A stretch of 64,000 bases of DNA from IMG/VR virus record IMGVR_UViG_3300010370_000027. One strand, given 5' to 3'. Below are positions 8,835 to 18,731 of this stretch, in pieces; position 1 is the first letter of the stretch, and the number at the start of each line of letters is the position of its first letter. A program made the position numbers and the translations under genes. The notes beneath the pieces were generated by a model that worked only from the letters and a program-made list of their open reading frames with translations, had not been told where the DNA came from and did no database searches. The stretch comes from a virus.

Positions 8835-9098
8835 CAACTTTTCCTCAAGAAGTTCCTTCATTTCACCCTCGAGTTCACGGAGAACGGCGTTTGCAGAAGC
8901 AAGCATTGCACGCTGCTTTGCAGGATTGTTAGCCATTTGGCTAATGTGTCTCCTGAGATGACGCTTGAGACCTTCAGTTGCGTCTGCAGCAACTTGAGAG
9001 AGTGCGAAATCAGGAATGCCTCGGGCGTAATCCTCCTTGAGGAGAGACTTCACTTCCGAGGCAATTACCTGTTTGAGAGCTTGTTGCTTCTTCATCAT
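8811..9098 (-). CDS. Hypothetical protein, probable internal head protein
   Basis: LKQVIASEVKSLLKED leader; translationally coupled to 9095..9529. Confidence 0.55.
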   Translation of the reverse strand: MMKKQQALKQVIASEVKSLLKEDYARGIPDFALSQVAADATEGLKRHLRRHISQMANNPAKQRAMLASANAVLRELEGEMKELLEEKLLKFVRSV

Positions 9099-9529
9099 TC
9101 CTCAGGGACAGAGGCGACTTGAACAGCTGCCTCCATCATGCGCTTTGCATAGGCCTGAATGGCGTTTGAGATATCAGTCGCGAGCTCCATCTGAGCCTCA
9201 TAGATGTCGTGCATCTCGAGCTCATCTTCCCAGGCGCTTGGAGTCATGTTAACTACACCTGAAAGTCTCATGTAAGAAGCAAGGCTCCTATACAAGACTC
9301 TGTTGATCTGAGGAATGAAGTCACGTGAATAATTCGTGACATCATCTTCAATATCTTTGACAAACTTTTCGGGAGCTCCCTCAAGGCCGCTCTCCTCAAA
9401 CATGAGAGCTTCAGACATCAAAGACTTCTTCCTGTTCTCGTACATGCTCTCGTGCAAGTTCTTTCTGACTTCTGCTTCCTCGCTGATAAGGCCGTTGATC
9501 TTGTCAAGTTGTCTCTGGGTAAGTTTCAT
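9095..9529 (-). CDS. Hypothetical protein, probable internal head protein
   Basis: MKLTQRQLDKINGLISEE leader; ATAGTTA motif and GGAG upstream. Confidence 0.6.
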   Translation of the reverse strand: MKLTQRQLDKINGLISEEAEVRKNLHESMYENRKKSLMSEALMFEESGLEGAPEKFVKDIEDDVTNYSRDFIPQINRVLYRSLASYMRLSGVVNMTPSAWEDELEMHDIYEAQMELATDISNAIQAYAKRMMEAAVQVASVPEE

Positions 9530-9551
9530 TTTCGACTCCGAACTTAACTAT

Positions 9552-12083
9552 TCACCCGCACTTGGAATTTCCGCAAGATTTACAGGTGAGACAACCTTCC
9601 TGATAGACGAGTCCGTCTGTAGCGCCACAAGATTGACAATTCTTATCAGAAGTTGACTTTGTTCCGTCAGGAATATACCCCTTAAGAACTCGAGAAATAA
9701 CTCTCGAGAAGCTCTGCATGTCGCTGTGCTTATCCTTCTGAAGCTGTTCAACAACGTATTGAACTGGGATACCGTGACGCAGAGCAAGAGAGAGCGAGCG
9801 TGTGAAAGCACCATGAAGAGGATTAGCGAAGAGCTCGACAACATCCTTAAAGACAACTACATCGTCGTCTCCGACGGGAATAGAGAGATTGTAAGTTGCA
9901 ACACCGTCCTTCTTGCCGTTCTTGATAAGAGTTCCATGCTTTGCCTTCTTTGGCACTTCGACGTGTGAAGAGAGTCCACAGAATACTTCGTAAGGCTTTC
10001 CTTCCATCATTCCGACAAGAACAAGATAGCTTTCCGTACCGGCAGAACCCTTTACGTTAATTCTATGAATATCGCAGGGTAATTCCTTAAGACGCTTTGG
10101 TGCGTGATTCTCTGTGATTGCAACAGGCTGACCGTCAGTTTGCACTTCTTCTTTCTTTGGTTCATCAGAAACGAGAACACCTGTCCTGCATCCATCGCGA
10201 TAGACAGTGAACCCCTTGCATCCGGACTCCCACGCTGCCATGTAGACCTGAGCGACGGTTTCCTTGGACGTTGCATTGGGAAGGTTACATGTCTTCGAGA
10301 GAGAGTGACACACCCACTTCTGAGCAGCAGCTTGAAGCTTCACAGACATCTCCCAGTCAACGTCATTCGACGTGGCCTTCCAATACGGAGACTCCTCAAC
10401 ATTGTCTCCCTTTCCTGTCACTTCCATCCACTTCTTATAACCGTGGTGATAAACCTTATACTCCTGCCACTTGTCACCGAGCTGATCTACAAAGTCCACG
10501 CGGGCGTCTACGTCTGTCGATGTAATCTTCTTCCTGCGTGTATAGGAGACCAAAAACGCCGGCTCAATGCCACTTGTTGTTTGCGTTAAACAAGAAACAG
10601 AGCCTGCCGGTGCTGTAGTGGTAAGGGCTATGTTCCTACGACCATACTTTAGGTAATCTGATCGAAGCTCTGGATCTGCAGAAATCACCTTCTGGATAAA
10701 CTGATGATCTGCTTCGAGCTTGTGGGAGAAGATCGGAAATGCACCGCGCTCTGCTGCCATTCGAACAGAAGATCGATAGGCGTTCACTTCGAGAACCTTG
10801 TAGATCTCTTCTGTCTTGTCAACCGATTCCTGAGATCCATAGCGGATGTTAAGTGCTGCGAGAGCATCTCCCATGGCGGTAATACCCAGGCCTGTTCGAC
10901 GTCCCTTCGAAGCAGCGTCCTTAATCTTTCTCCACAATGCTAGCTCAGAGTGCTTTACGGCCTCAGATTCAGGATCTGATTCGATCTTGGCTATAATTGT
11001 ATCAACTGCTTCGAGCTCTAGATCGACAAGATCGTCCATGAGACGCTGAGCAACCTTAGCCGCACGGCCGAAGGCGACATAATCGAATGTTGCACCTGCA
11101 TCATACGGATTCTTCACGAACTTAGCGAGGTTGAGCAGAAGGAGTCGACAAGAGTCGTACGGAGAAAGAACAATCTCGCCACATGGATTGGTAGAGACAG
11201 ATCCGTACCCAAGAGAGGCATATGCCTCTGTAGGGGTTGCCTTCTTAACAGTGTCCCAGAAAAGAAGACCTGGTTCTGCAGACGTCCAAGCAGCATCGAT
11301 GATCTGATCCCAGACTTCCTTGGCCTTGACAGTCTTGGTGACCTTTGCATCATTCACAGAAGCGTCAACAGGCCAGCGAAGCGTGTATTCAGATTCATCC
11401 TTTACGGCTTGCATGAAGTCGTCAGTGAGGCGAATTGAGATGTTGGCACCAGTAACCTTCTTGAGATCACGCTTGATATTGATGAATGTTTCAATCTCAG
11501 GATGGTTAACCGAGACGGTCAACATGAGAGCACCTCTACGGCCACCCTGTGCAACCTCACGGCAAGTGTTGGAGAAGCGCTCCATGAATACGCCGATGCC
11601 GTCAGTTGTGCCTGCGGCGTTGGCTGTGTGCATTCCCTTGGGACGAATTGTGGAGATATCGAATCCAACACCACCTCTACGCTTCATGATCTGCGCCTGC
11701 TCCTGGTCGGCGAAGAGGATACCACCGTATGAATCTTCAGGCGCCGCAATGACAAAACAGTTAGACAGAGACTGAATCTTGTAGGGATTTCCCATTGCAG
11801 ACATAGGAGAGCCCTGTGGAACAATCTCCCACTTAGACAAGTATTCGAAGATCTCCTCTTCGCCTAGAGGATTTGGATACTTCGCCTCGATTCGTGCGAA
11901 CTCCTTTGCGAGTCGACGATGCATGTCTGCAGGTGTCTTCTCGAGGAGCGATCCTGACGAATCGCGTAGTGCGTACTTCGATAGAAACACTGAGGCTGCT
12001 AACTCATCTCCCCCAAAGTATTCCAACGAACTTGCGTAAGCTTCTTCCTGCGTATACCTTGTCATGTTTAAAGTTGTCTCCAA
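9552..12083 (-). CDS. nrdJ: Adenosylcobalamin-dependent (class II) ribonucleotide reductase
   Basis: SLSNCFV, QGGRRGALM, TNPCGEI, APAGSVS, SGIEP, GCKGFTVYRDG, C-terminal Cys pairs; no beta-subunit gene adjacent. Start may be ATG 12065. Confidence 0.92.
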   Translation of the reverse strand: METTLNMTRYTQEEAYASSLEYFGGDELAASVFLSKYALRDSSGSLLEKTPADMHRRLAKEFARIEAKYPNPLGEEEIFEYLSKWEIVPQGSPMSAMGNPYKIQSLSNCFVIAAPEDSYGGILFADQEQAQIMKRRGGVGFDISTIRPKGMHTANAAGTTDGIGVFMERFSNTCREVAQGGRRGALMLTVSVNHPEIETFINIKRDLKKVTGANISIRLTDDFMQAVKDESEYTLRWPVDASVNDAKVTKTVKAKEVWDQIIDAAWTSAEPGLLFWDTVKKATPTEAYASLGYGSVSTNPCGEIVLSPYDSCRLLLLNLAKFVKNPYDAGATFDYVAFGRAAKVAQRLMDDLVDLELEAVDTIIAKIESDPESEAVKHSELALWRKIKDAASKGRRTGLGITAMGDALAALNIRYGSQESVDKTEEIYKVLEVNAYRSSVRMAAERGAFPIFSHKLEADHQFIQKVISADPELRSDYLKYGRRNIALTTTAPAGSVSCLTQTTSGIEPAFLVSYTRRKKITSTDVDARVDFVDQLGDKWQEYKVYHHGYKKWMEVTGKGDNVEESPYWKATSNDVDWEMSVKLQAAAQKWVCHSLSKTCNLPNATSKETVAQVYMAAWESGCKGFTVYRDGCRTGVLVSDEPKKEEVQTDGQPVAITENHAPKRLKELPCDIHRINVKGSAGTESYLVLVGMMEGKPYEVFCGLSSHVEVPKKAKHGTLIKNGKKDGVATYNLSIPVGDDDVVVFKDVVELFANPLHGAFTRSLSLALRHGIPVQYVVEQLQKDKHSDMQSFSRVISRVLKGYIPDGTKSTSDKNCQSCGATDGLVYQEGCLTCKSCGNSKCG

Positions 12084-12147
12084 GTTGGGTCTAATAACTA
12101 TACAGATCTCTTATGTCGAGTGATTTCGAGATTCGAAAACCATTATA

Positions 12148-13560
12148 TCACACCTCGACAGGAGGTTTTCCAAAATCTTTCTTTAGCTCTCTCCACTTTG
12201 AGAGAATTGCCTTCTTTTGTTCATCTTCGGCTGCCACGTTGTGAACATCAGGAGAGTCTGATTCACCCGTGATTTCAAACTTACTTCTTGCCGTATTGAT
12301 CTTAATAGGGTAAACAAGACCGTCTCTACCAGCTCTGTTCTTGGCAATATAAAGACGTCCCCAGCCACCAGCTTTTTCGTGAGGTCTACGAGAAACCGAT
12401 ACGATCACGTCACAAATCATTGCTTTTCCGTAAGCTTCTGACATGTTCGTCATGTCAATAACTTCGCTGTTTGCACCATCCTTATTAGACTGCGATGCGG
12501 TCCAAATAGGAACTCCGAGCTCCATCGCCATTCCTCTTAGCTCTTCGTAGACAAGCTTGAGTTCGTGTCGAAGAGAATCAAATTGTCTCGAAGAACGCAT
12601 GATGTCTGCGTAGTCAATGATGACCATGTCAGGCTTAAATCCCTTTAGATCAAGTCTTTCGATGTGTGACCGCAGCGTATAGACTGAAGCTGTGTTTGTC
12701 GGATACTCCTTGATGAAGAGGCGACCGAGTTTATTTTCTTCGTAGAACTTCACAACCTCTTCCTTGCGATCCATCACCTCATTGGAATCTATGTCGCAGA
12801 GGTTAGAATCGTATCGGATACCCACAGCTGTTTCTGAGAGCTCAAAGGTGTAGTGAAGCACGTTCTTGCCTTCGCGAAGAGCGTTAGCACCGATCATTGT
12901 GAGCCAGTGAGACTTACCTGAACCAGAGGCACCGACAACACAGAGCAATTCACCTTTACCGCTACCGCCGTTGAGAATCTCTTTCTTGTCGAGCTCTGGA
13001 AGACGGGTTGGAATGGTGTCACGCTTCAGCTTAGTGAATCGCGCATCCATCTCGTTGAAGAAGTCGTGGCCTACAGAAGGTGCTGTTCCAACCTGGACTG
13101 CCTTCTTGATCGTCTCGACAATAGACTCGTACTTGTTGGCCTGCATCTGATCGACGGCAGATTCCAGTGCCTTCTTGAGAGCTTGCTTACGACAGAATTC
13201 TAAGGATTTTTCCTTAACGTACTGAAGGTCTCCTAGGTCTGGATTAGACTTCATCCGTTGAAGATAATCAATTATCTGATCTCTAAGGATGACGTCAGTA
13301 CCAGACTTTAGGTCGTCTTTGATAATAGTAACAAGCAGCTGAAGAGACGGATAGACTTTGTACTTCTTTGAATAAGAAAAGTAACGATCTGCGAGGAACT
13401 TTAGATAATTGACCTCAAAGTATGAGATGTCAATGACTTCCATCATCTGTTCAGCGAACTTGTTGTCAACTAAAAGAGCTTGACACAGCTTCTCCTGAAA
13501 TGACTTGCCGAACTGACCGAATGATACGCTGTTTAGTTTGCTTTCGTTATCTTGCATCAT
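12148..13560 (-). CDS. dnaB: Replicative DNA helicase (DnaB/T4 gp41-like)
   Basis: GASGSGKS Walker A, VLHYTFELSE, VIIDYADIM, IWTASQSN, IAKNRAGRDG. Confidence 0.92.
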   Translation of the reverse strand: MMQDNESKLNSVSFGQFGKSFQEKLCQALLVDNKFAEQMMEVIDISYFEVNYLKFLADRYFSYSKKYKVYPSLQLLVTIIKDDLKSGTDVILRDQIIDYLQRMKSNPDLGDLQYVKEKSLEFCRKQALKKALESAVDQMQANKYESIVETIKKAVQVGTAPSVGHDFFNEMDARFTKLKRDTIPTRLPELDKKEILNGGSGKGELLCVVGASGSGKSHWLTMIGANALREGKNVLHYTFELSETAVGIRYDSNLCDIDSNEVMDRKEEVVKFYEENKLGRLFIKEYPTNTASVYTLRSHIERLDLKGFKPDMVIIDYADIMRSSRQFDSLRHELKLVYEELRGMAMELGVPIWTASQSNKDGANSEVIDMTNMSEAYGKAMICDVIVSVSRRPHEKAGGWGRLYIAKNRAGRDGLVYPIKINTARSKFEITGESDSPDVHNVAAEDEQKKAILSKWRELKKDFGKPPVEV

Positions 13561-14525
13561 TTATTCTCCGAAGCGAATCTCAATCCGTCGACACACGACA
13601 AATCATAAAAGAATCCTTCGTAATCAAAATCACTGATTCCTTCTTTAATTAGCAATTTGATAAGACCCATCTTATTTACTGAGGGTTCAAATGTATCTAC
13701 AACGTGTTCTACGCGCTTCATCTGATCACCCGACAACATACTGCCGTCTAAGTGGACAAGCTGCCAGTTTCTGTTGACAATGGCGGTCTCATCAACAACG
13801 CGCTTGTAGAGAACGCCCCGCTGTGTATGTGCGTAATTTATTAAGTCTTGCAACACGATTGTCTCTTCGCTTCCAAGCATTGGAAACTTCTTTGCTACGC
13901 TCTTAAAACCAAGACCTTGAATACCAGGTATGTTATCTGAATCATCACCACAAAGACACTTTGCGAGAGCAAAGTTGTGGGATCTTATCCTGAACTCTTC
14001 AAACAAGTCTTCATCTGTAATGAATTTCTTCTTATAGAGAGAATAGATCTTAGTCTTCGGTCCAAGAAGTTGATACATGTCTTTGTCTGCAGAAACTATG
14101 ACAATTTCTTTGTCTCTAAGTGGACCATTTGTCAAAAATGCTACGATGTCATCACCTTCACAATCAGACACATAGACTTGACAAACAGGTACGTTTTTCA
14201 GAGCATTGAGCAGTGTAATCAACTGATGCTGCTTGTTCTCTTCGGTGTCAGGAATGTCATCTCCGTAAAATCGGTTTAATTTTCCAGGTTTCCTATTGGC
14301 TTTATATTCTGGATATAATTTTCGTCTTCTCTGAGATCCTCCGCCCTCCCAAGTAATGTACACGCTTGTAGGATGAAACTCTCTACATAAGCGCTGCAAA
14401 GACTTAAGAAATCCTATGCATCCCCCCATCTGATAACCGTGAGATGACATCTGAGGGAATGCACTGTAAGAGCGAAGAAACATATTAAGTCCATCGATTA
14501 CAAAGACTGGACGTTCGTCTGACAT
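13557..14525 (-). CDS. 5'-3' exonuclease/flap endonuclease (Pol I N-terminal domain / T4 RNase H-like)
   Basis: VIDGLNMFLR, YPEYKANR, EGDDIV, SADKDMYQL, GDDSDNIPGIQGLG. Confidence 0.92.
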   Translation of the reverse strand: MSDERPVFVIDGLNMFLRSYSAFPQMSSHGYQMGGCIGFLKSLQRLCREFHPTSVYITWEGGGSQRRRKLYPEYKANRKPGKLNRFYGDDIPDTEENKQHQLITLLNALKNVPVCQVYVSDCEGDDIVAFLTNGPLRDKEIVIVSADKDMYQLLGPKTKIYSLYKKKFITDEDLFEEFRIRSHNFALAKCLCGDDSDNIPGIQGLGFKSVAKKFPMLGSEETIVLQDLINYAHTQRGVLYKRVVDETAIVNRNWQLVHLDGSMLSGDQMKRVEHVVDTFEPSVNKMGLIKLLIKEGISDFDYEGFFYDLSCVDGLRFASENK

Positions 14526-14531
14526 GCTGGA

Positions 14532-14561
14532 AATCTACTTTATGATTGCTTCACTTGTCAA
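14532..14561 (-). promoter_or_regulatory. Sigma70-like promoter, probably leaderless exonuclease-helicase mRNA
   Basis: TTGACA-N18-TAGATT-N6-ATG; no SD. Confidence 0.6.
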
Positions 14562-14917
14562 ATCAAAGTAATACTAGCGTACCAGTATTTTCCCATGCCT
14601 TCGCCGATGTCAAAGCATGCTTCGATTCTCATCACTGAATCTCCGAACATTTTCGTCTTGAAGAGCTTGAAGTTATCAAAGCTTGCCACTGCTTTGTGAC
14701 ACGCAGAGTCAAATTCTTTGCTCTTAATGGGAGTATGGCCTTCGGAAAGAAGTAAGAGTTCGCACACTTTTTGAGATGCACTAACTCTATAGTCTTGTAT
14801 CTTTGCAGAACCAAACTTTGAAAAACAATTCTTAGTCAGTTCTTTTTTGCACGTCATTATAACCTCCAAGAGTCCTTCCGGACTCTCGGAGATATTCCAC
14901 GTTGTATCAAAGTCCAT
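14558..14917 (-). CDS. Hypothetical protein downstream of the actin-like gene
   Basis: Start overlaps the actin-like stop (TAATG). Confidence 0.55.
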   Translation of the reverse strand: MDFDTTWNISESPEGLLEVIMTCKKELTKNCFSKFGSAKIQDYRVSASQKVCELLLLSEGHTPIKSKEFDSACHKAVASFDNFKLFKTKMFGDSVMRIEACFDIGEGMGKYWYASITLI

Positions 14918-15921
14918 TAGAGAATCTGAGATGCGATTAGGCAGCCGCGAGCGACTGCGTGAAGCGGATCAGAGGCATGCTTTACCTCTCTGACAGGGAG
15001 CGGGAAACCGTTCTCATTGAGCTTCTTCTCAAAGTGATTAACAAAACCCTTGGCTTTCGTGGTGCCACCAGCTACTACGACTGGGAGGGGGTCCTTAAAC
15101 TTTGGAAGAGATTTGTGACCATCCATTGCCGCTGCAAGCTGCTTCGTAGTGTAGTCAATAAGTCTATCGTAATACGACGAAACTGCAGCTAGGACTTGAT
15201 TGTCACACGGCTTTCCGATCGTGAAATCTCCTTGCTCCTTCTCAGATTGTACTACTGAGTCTGTCTCTCCAGTGGCAACAGCAGCCATGCGATCTACCCA
15301 GTCACCGGACTTGGTGGTGGAGAACTTGACGACAGGTTCACCGTTCAGCATGACACAAACGTTAACCATACCCGCGCCCCAAGACAGGGCAACACCGGTA
15401 TAGTCATCGTCCGCAAGCTCCGAGTAACATAGCGCTTCTGCTTCATTGATTGCCCGAGCTTCATAACCACATTCTTCGAGGACCTTCTTGACGACGTCCT
15501 CATGGTAGCCAACATCAAAATCATCGTCTTCCTGATCCACTGGTTGTGCAGGAACGCAGAAGACAAGTTTTTCGCCTCTCTTTGTTGCCTTTCCAGCGAC
15601 TTCCTTAAGTATATACGAGAGAACTCTTCTGGCGTCTTTCTCCTTTGTGGAGACTACTCCTCGATACATCGGACGCTTGGCAGAGTCATTTCGCTCTACA
15701 GCTTTTTCAATTGCGTCCTTGCCGAGAATGATGTATGACCCGTCTGTATCTTTTACGAAAACTTTTCCAGCGAGTCCCTTTTCAATCATCTTCGATGCGA
15801 TCGGAGTTGTGGGCTTGATCACATAGAAAGCATCTCTGAAATCCTTGTACTCAACAGTTCCTCCGTCACCCTCGGATGAGAGGACGATAAATGAGGTTCC
15901 AACGTCTAATCCTTTAGCCAT
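14917..15921 (-). CDS. Actin-fold ATPase (MreB/MamK/FtsA superfamily, volactin-like)
   Basis: Phosphate-1 GLDVGT, connect-1 INEAEA, phosphate-2 region SWGAGMVNV, adenosine VVAGGT, connect-2 DPLHAVARGC; 334 aa. Confidence 0.85.
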   Translation of the reverse strand: MAKGLDVGTSFIVLSSEGDGGTVEYKDFRDAFYVIKPTTPIASKMIEKGLAGKVFVKDTDGSYIILGKDAIEKAVERNDSAKRPMYRGVVSTKEKDARRVLSYILKEVAGKATKRGEKLVFCVPAQPVDQEDDDFDVGYHEDVVKKVLEECGYEARAINEAEALCYSELADDDYTGVALSWGAGMVNVCVMLNGEPVVKFSTTKSGDWVDRMAAVATGETDSVVQSEKEQGDFTIGKPCDNQVLAAVSSYYDRLIDYTTKQLAAAMDGHKSLPKFKDPLPVVVAGGTTKAKGFVNHFEKKLNENGFPLPVREVKHASDPLHAVARGCLIASQIL

Positions 15922-15929
15922 GCTTATAA

Positions 15930-16241
15930 CTATCCTTTCATCTTCTTAAGCTGAGCAAGTTTATTCGCAGCTGACGATATGTCGTCTTTTGACTGCGATA
16001 CCGTCCCAAGCGGAGAACCTTTTGATTCTATGCCGTCTGTAGAAATATCAGTAACATACGTTGAATTATCTATGGAGATTTTCGCCTTTGCTTGACGCTT
16101 CTGGTCTCTGTTCACCTCAGTGACAAAAGAGGAAACAGAAGACTCAGTGTGTCCGGAAACTCTAAGCGAACGTCGAAGACTGTCCAAAGATCCGGCAATG
16201 TAGCCAAGGGAAAAAACAACAATGAGATAAAAGCTTTCCAT
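15930..16241 (-). CDS. Small protein with N-terminal membrane anchor
   Basis: FYLIVVFSLGYIAG hydrophobic helix, polar linker, C-terminal DISSAANKLAQLKK helix; coupled to the dut stop. Confidence 0.65.
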   Translation of the reverse strand: MESFYLIVVFSLGYIAGSLDSLRRSLRVSGHTESSVSSFVTEVNRDQKRQAKAKISIDNSTYVTDISTDGIESKGSPLGTVSQSKDDISSAANKLAQLKKMKG

Positions 16242-16666
16242 TATCGTCCCGTGCTTCCAAATCCGCCTTCTCCTCTTTCTGTAGGAGAGAAATGTTCTAC
16301 ATGCCGCATCTCTGCCTGAGCAAAAGGTAAAAAGACTAGTTGAGCAATTCTGTCACCCTTCTTTACTGTATAACGTAAAGAATTATGATTTATAAGAAGA
16401 ACTTTGATTTCTCCTCTATAGTCAGAATCAATTATGCCAGGGGAGTTGAGTACTGTCACTCCGTGCTTAAAAGCCAGACCTGATCGAGGGCAAACTTGGG
16501 CAACGTATCCATTTGGAATTTCTAGATGGAGGCCTGTGCTTACTGCGCTCCACTTTCCTGGTGGGATTGTAATTTCTTCACTTGCAATTAAGTCACACCC
16601 AGCAGACCCAGGGGTTGCGTACTGAGGTGGAGCTTGGTTCTTGTATCCTACTACGACATCACTCAT
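16241..16666 (-). CDS. dut: dUTPase (trimeric)
   Basis: GSAGCDL, PRSGLA, PGIIDSDYRGEIKV, GDRIAQLV, RGEGGFGSTG. Confidence 0.96.
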   Translation of the reverse strand: MSDVVVGYKNQAPPQYATPGSAGCDLIASEEITIPPGKWSAVSTGLHLEIPNGYVAQVCPRSGLAFKHGVTVLNSPGIIDSDYRGEIKVLLINHNSLRYTVKKGDRIAQLVFLPFAQAEMRHVEHFSPTERGEGGFGSTGR

Positions 16667-17840
16667 CTGAAGTTATCTCCTCTTCAATGATCTGCTCAAT
16701 CTCACTTGGATTTATTGTCAAAGCAGCTTCAATCACAGCATTGACGTACTTCCTGTACTTCTCATCTCTCATTACGTCTCCGAAGTCTGCCTTGTAGAAC
16801 TTCTTGGTAATGAGAACTTCACCAGTCTTTTCAGAAGATACGACAAGTTCCTTCCAGGCTCCGTCTCCGGTAATGATTATCTTGTTGTCTTCGAAGACAA
16901 CACCGCCGTTCTCCTTGCAGTAAGTTCGAACTTCGTCGAAGATGTACTCGTGCTCCACGATGCCCTTACCGAAGATGATGTCGAACTCGCACTTCTTGAA
17001 AGGAGGAGCGACCTTGTTCTTCTTGATCGTGCAAATGACGTGAATACCGATGATGTTTCCGTCCTTGTCCTTCACAGGGTTGCCGCTGGATAGCGAGATT
17101 CTGACAGAAGCATGGAACGGAATGGCCTTACCGCCAGGTGTAGTGGTTGGATCACCATACATGACACCGATCTTGTCGCGGATCTGATTGATGCAAAGCA
17201 ACGTCACGTTGTTCTGACCGATCACGCCTGTAATCTTTCGCATACCCTTAGAGATGACACGAGCTTGCAGACCAATCGTGTTGTCCTCATACTCACCGTC
17301 GAGTTCAGCCTTGGGTGAAGTCGCTGCAACGGAGTCCCAGATGACAACGATTGGTACGTTCTTCTCGATTATTTGCTTTGCCTTGGTAATGGTCGATTCA
17401 ATAATCGAGAATACTTCTTCGGTCATGTGGGAGTCGCAGTAGACAAACCGCTTCTTAACGTCGATTCCCATGTCAGCGAGCTTCTGAACGGGCGTGGCAT
17501 TCTCAGTATCCACATAGACGACAAGGCCGCCCATCTTCTGGGCAACTGCAGCAGCATGATAGGCCAGGTGAGACTTTCCACTTGATGGTGGACCGCTAAT
17601 CTCAATGATTCGTCCCTCAGGATATCCGCCATCGACGGCATTTCTAATGGCGTAGTTCAGTTGAATGGAGCCTGTATCGATCCATCGCTTGACAATGGTT
17701 GGTGCATCCATTTCCGAGAGATTGTAAGCAACCCTCGTTCCGAACTCCTTGTTGATGGACGTGATGAGATCCTTCATCATGTCATCTACGTCGCTCTTCT
17801 TTGAAGAGGTTGTTTCTAATTCCTTGTCTTTCTTAGCCAT
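16659..17840 (-). CDS. recA: RecA/UvsX recombinase
   Basis: GRIIEISGPPSSGKS, YVDTE, WDSVAA, INQIRDKIG, TTPGGKAIPFHASVRI, KNKVAPPFK. Start moved to ATG 17840 (GGAG upstream); the track start lies inside a hairpin. Confidence 0.93.
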   Translation of the reverse strand: MAKKDKELETTSSKKSDVDDMMKDLITSINKEFGTRVAYNLSEMDAPTIVKRWIDTGSIQLNYAIRNAVDGGYPEGRIIEISGPPSSGKSHLAYHAAAVAQKMGGLVVYVDTENATPVQKLADMGIDVKKRFVYCDSHMTEEVFSIIESTITKAKQIIEKNVPIVVIWDSVAATSPKAELDGEYEDNTIGLQARVISKGMRKITGVIGQNNVTLLCINQIRDKIGVMYGDPTTTPGGKAIPFHASVRISLSSGNPVKDKDGNIIGIHVICTIKKNKVAPPFKKCEFDIIFGKGIVEHEYIFDEVRTYCKENGGVVFEDNKIIITGDGAWKELVVSSEKTGEVLITKKFYKADFGDVMRDEKYRKYVNAVIEAALTINPSEIEQIIEEEITSDE

Positions 17841-17861
17841 TAATTTGTCTCCGTAAGAAGA

Positions 17862-17889
17862 AAGGGCACACACGACTGTGTGTGCCCTT
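17862..17889 (-). terminator. Intrinsic terminator between ssb and recA
   Basis: AAGGGCACACAC-AGTC-GTGTGTGCCCTT followed by TCTTCTT. Confidence 0.75.
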
Positions 17890-17897
17890 CATAGTAA

Positions 17898-18731
17898 TCA
17901 CTCTTCACCGATTAGATCTGCGAATGCATCATCAAGAGACTGCTTCTTAGCTTCTGTCTTCTCCACCTTCTTTACAGGTTTCTTGTCGGATTGCTTCACT
18001 TCCGCGACGAGACTTTCAAGTTCATCAACAGGCTCGGAGCCGCGAGAGGATCCGCCGTCGGCCGAAGAATCTGCAGATCCTCCGCTCAGCCAATTGTTGA
18101 GGATGGTCTCAATTTCTTGGGTAGACTTGAGCCTGTACATGTCGTCGATGCTCGGAATGTTATCAAGCCACTTCTGGGATACAGACTGGTCAGAGTGGAG
18201 AGAAGTAGACTTGCGTGCAGGATCTACGGTAGTGTCATTAAACTGCTTGCCAGGCTGCTTCGAAATAGTGACCTTGAGATCGAAACCTTCGGTCGGAGAG
18301 AGGATATCACCAACCTCCTCGTCGAGGAAGAAGCCAAGCATGCGCTGGTAGACGAGCTTACCAAAGCTCCAGATTTGGACCCCCTTGTCTTCCTCGCCTC
18401 TAACAATAACGGGAGCATAGCATCGCATCTTCGGTGCTAACTTCTTGGCAAGAACCCTGTCCTCTGGCTTTCCACTGCTGTAAAGCTTGCGGATGAGATC
18501 GTCGATGGGATCGGGCTTGCCAAATTGCTTTGGTGTCAAAATTCCTGCATTTTCACCGATGTAGTAGAACCAGCGTTCTGCGAATGGCTGACCGTCCGGT
18601 GAGTTCTTCCAAGGGAGGCACCTTACCTTGTATTCGCCTACAGTCGGCTTCCACATCTGAACCGAAGATGTCTTCTTGACACCGCTGAGTTCTGCGACAC
18701 GACGCTTAATTGCCTCTAGATCAATAGCCAT
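17898..18731 (-). CDS. Single-stranded DNA-binding protein (T4 gp32-like)
   Basis: WKP..GEYKVRCLP, VIVRGEEDKGVQIWSFGKLVYQ, GDILSPTEGFDL, acidic tail LDDAFADLIGEE; adjacent to recA. Confidence 0.8.
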   Translation of the reverse strand: MAIDLEAIKRRVAELSGVKKTSSVQMWKPTVGEYKVRCLPWKNSPDGQPFAERWFYYIGENAGILTPKQFGKPDPIDDLIRKLYSSGKPEDRVLAKKLAPKMRCYAPVIVRGEEDKGVQIWSFGKLVYQRMLGFFLDEEVGDILSPTEGFDLKVTISKQPGKQFNDTTVDPARKSTSLHSDQSVSQKWLDNIPSIDDMYRLKSTQEIETILNNWLSGGSADSSADGGSSRGSEPVDELESLVAEVKQSDKKPVKKVEKTEAKKQSLDDAFADLIGEE

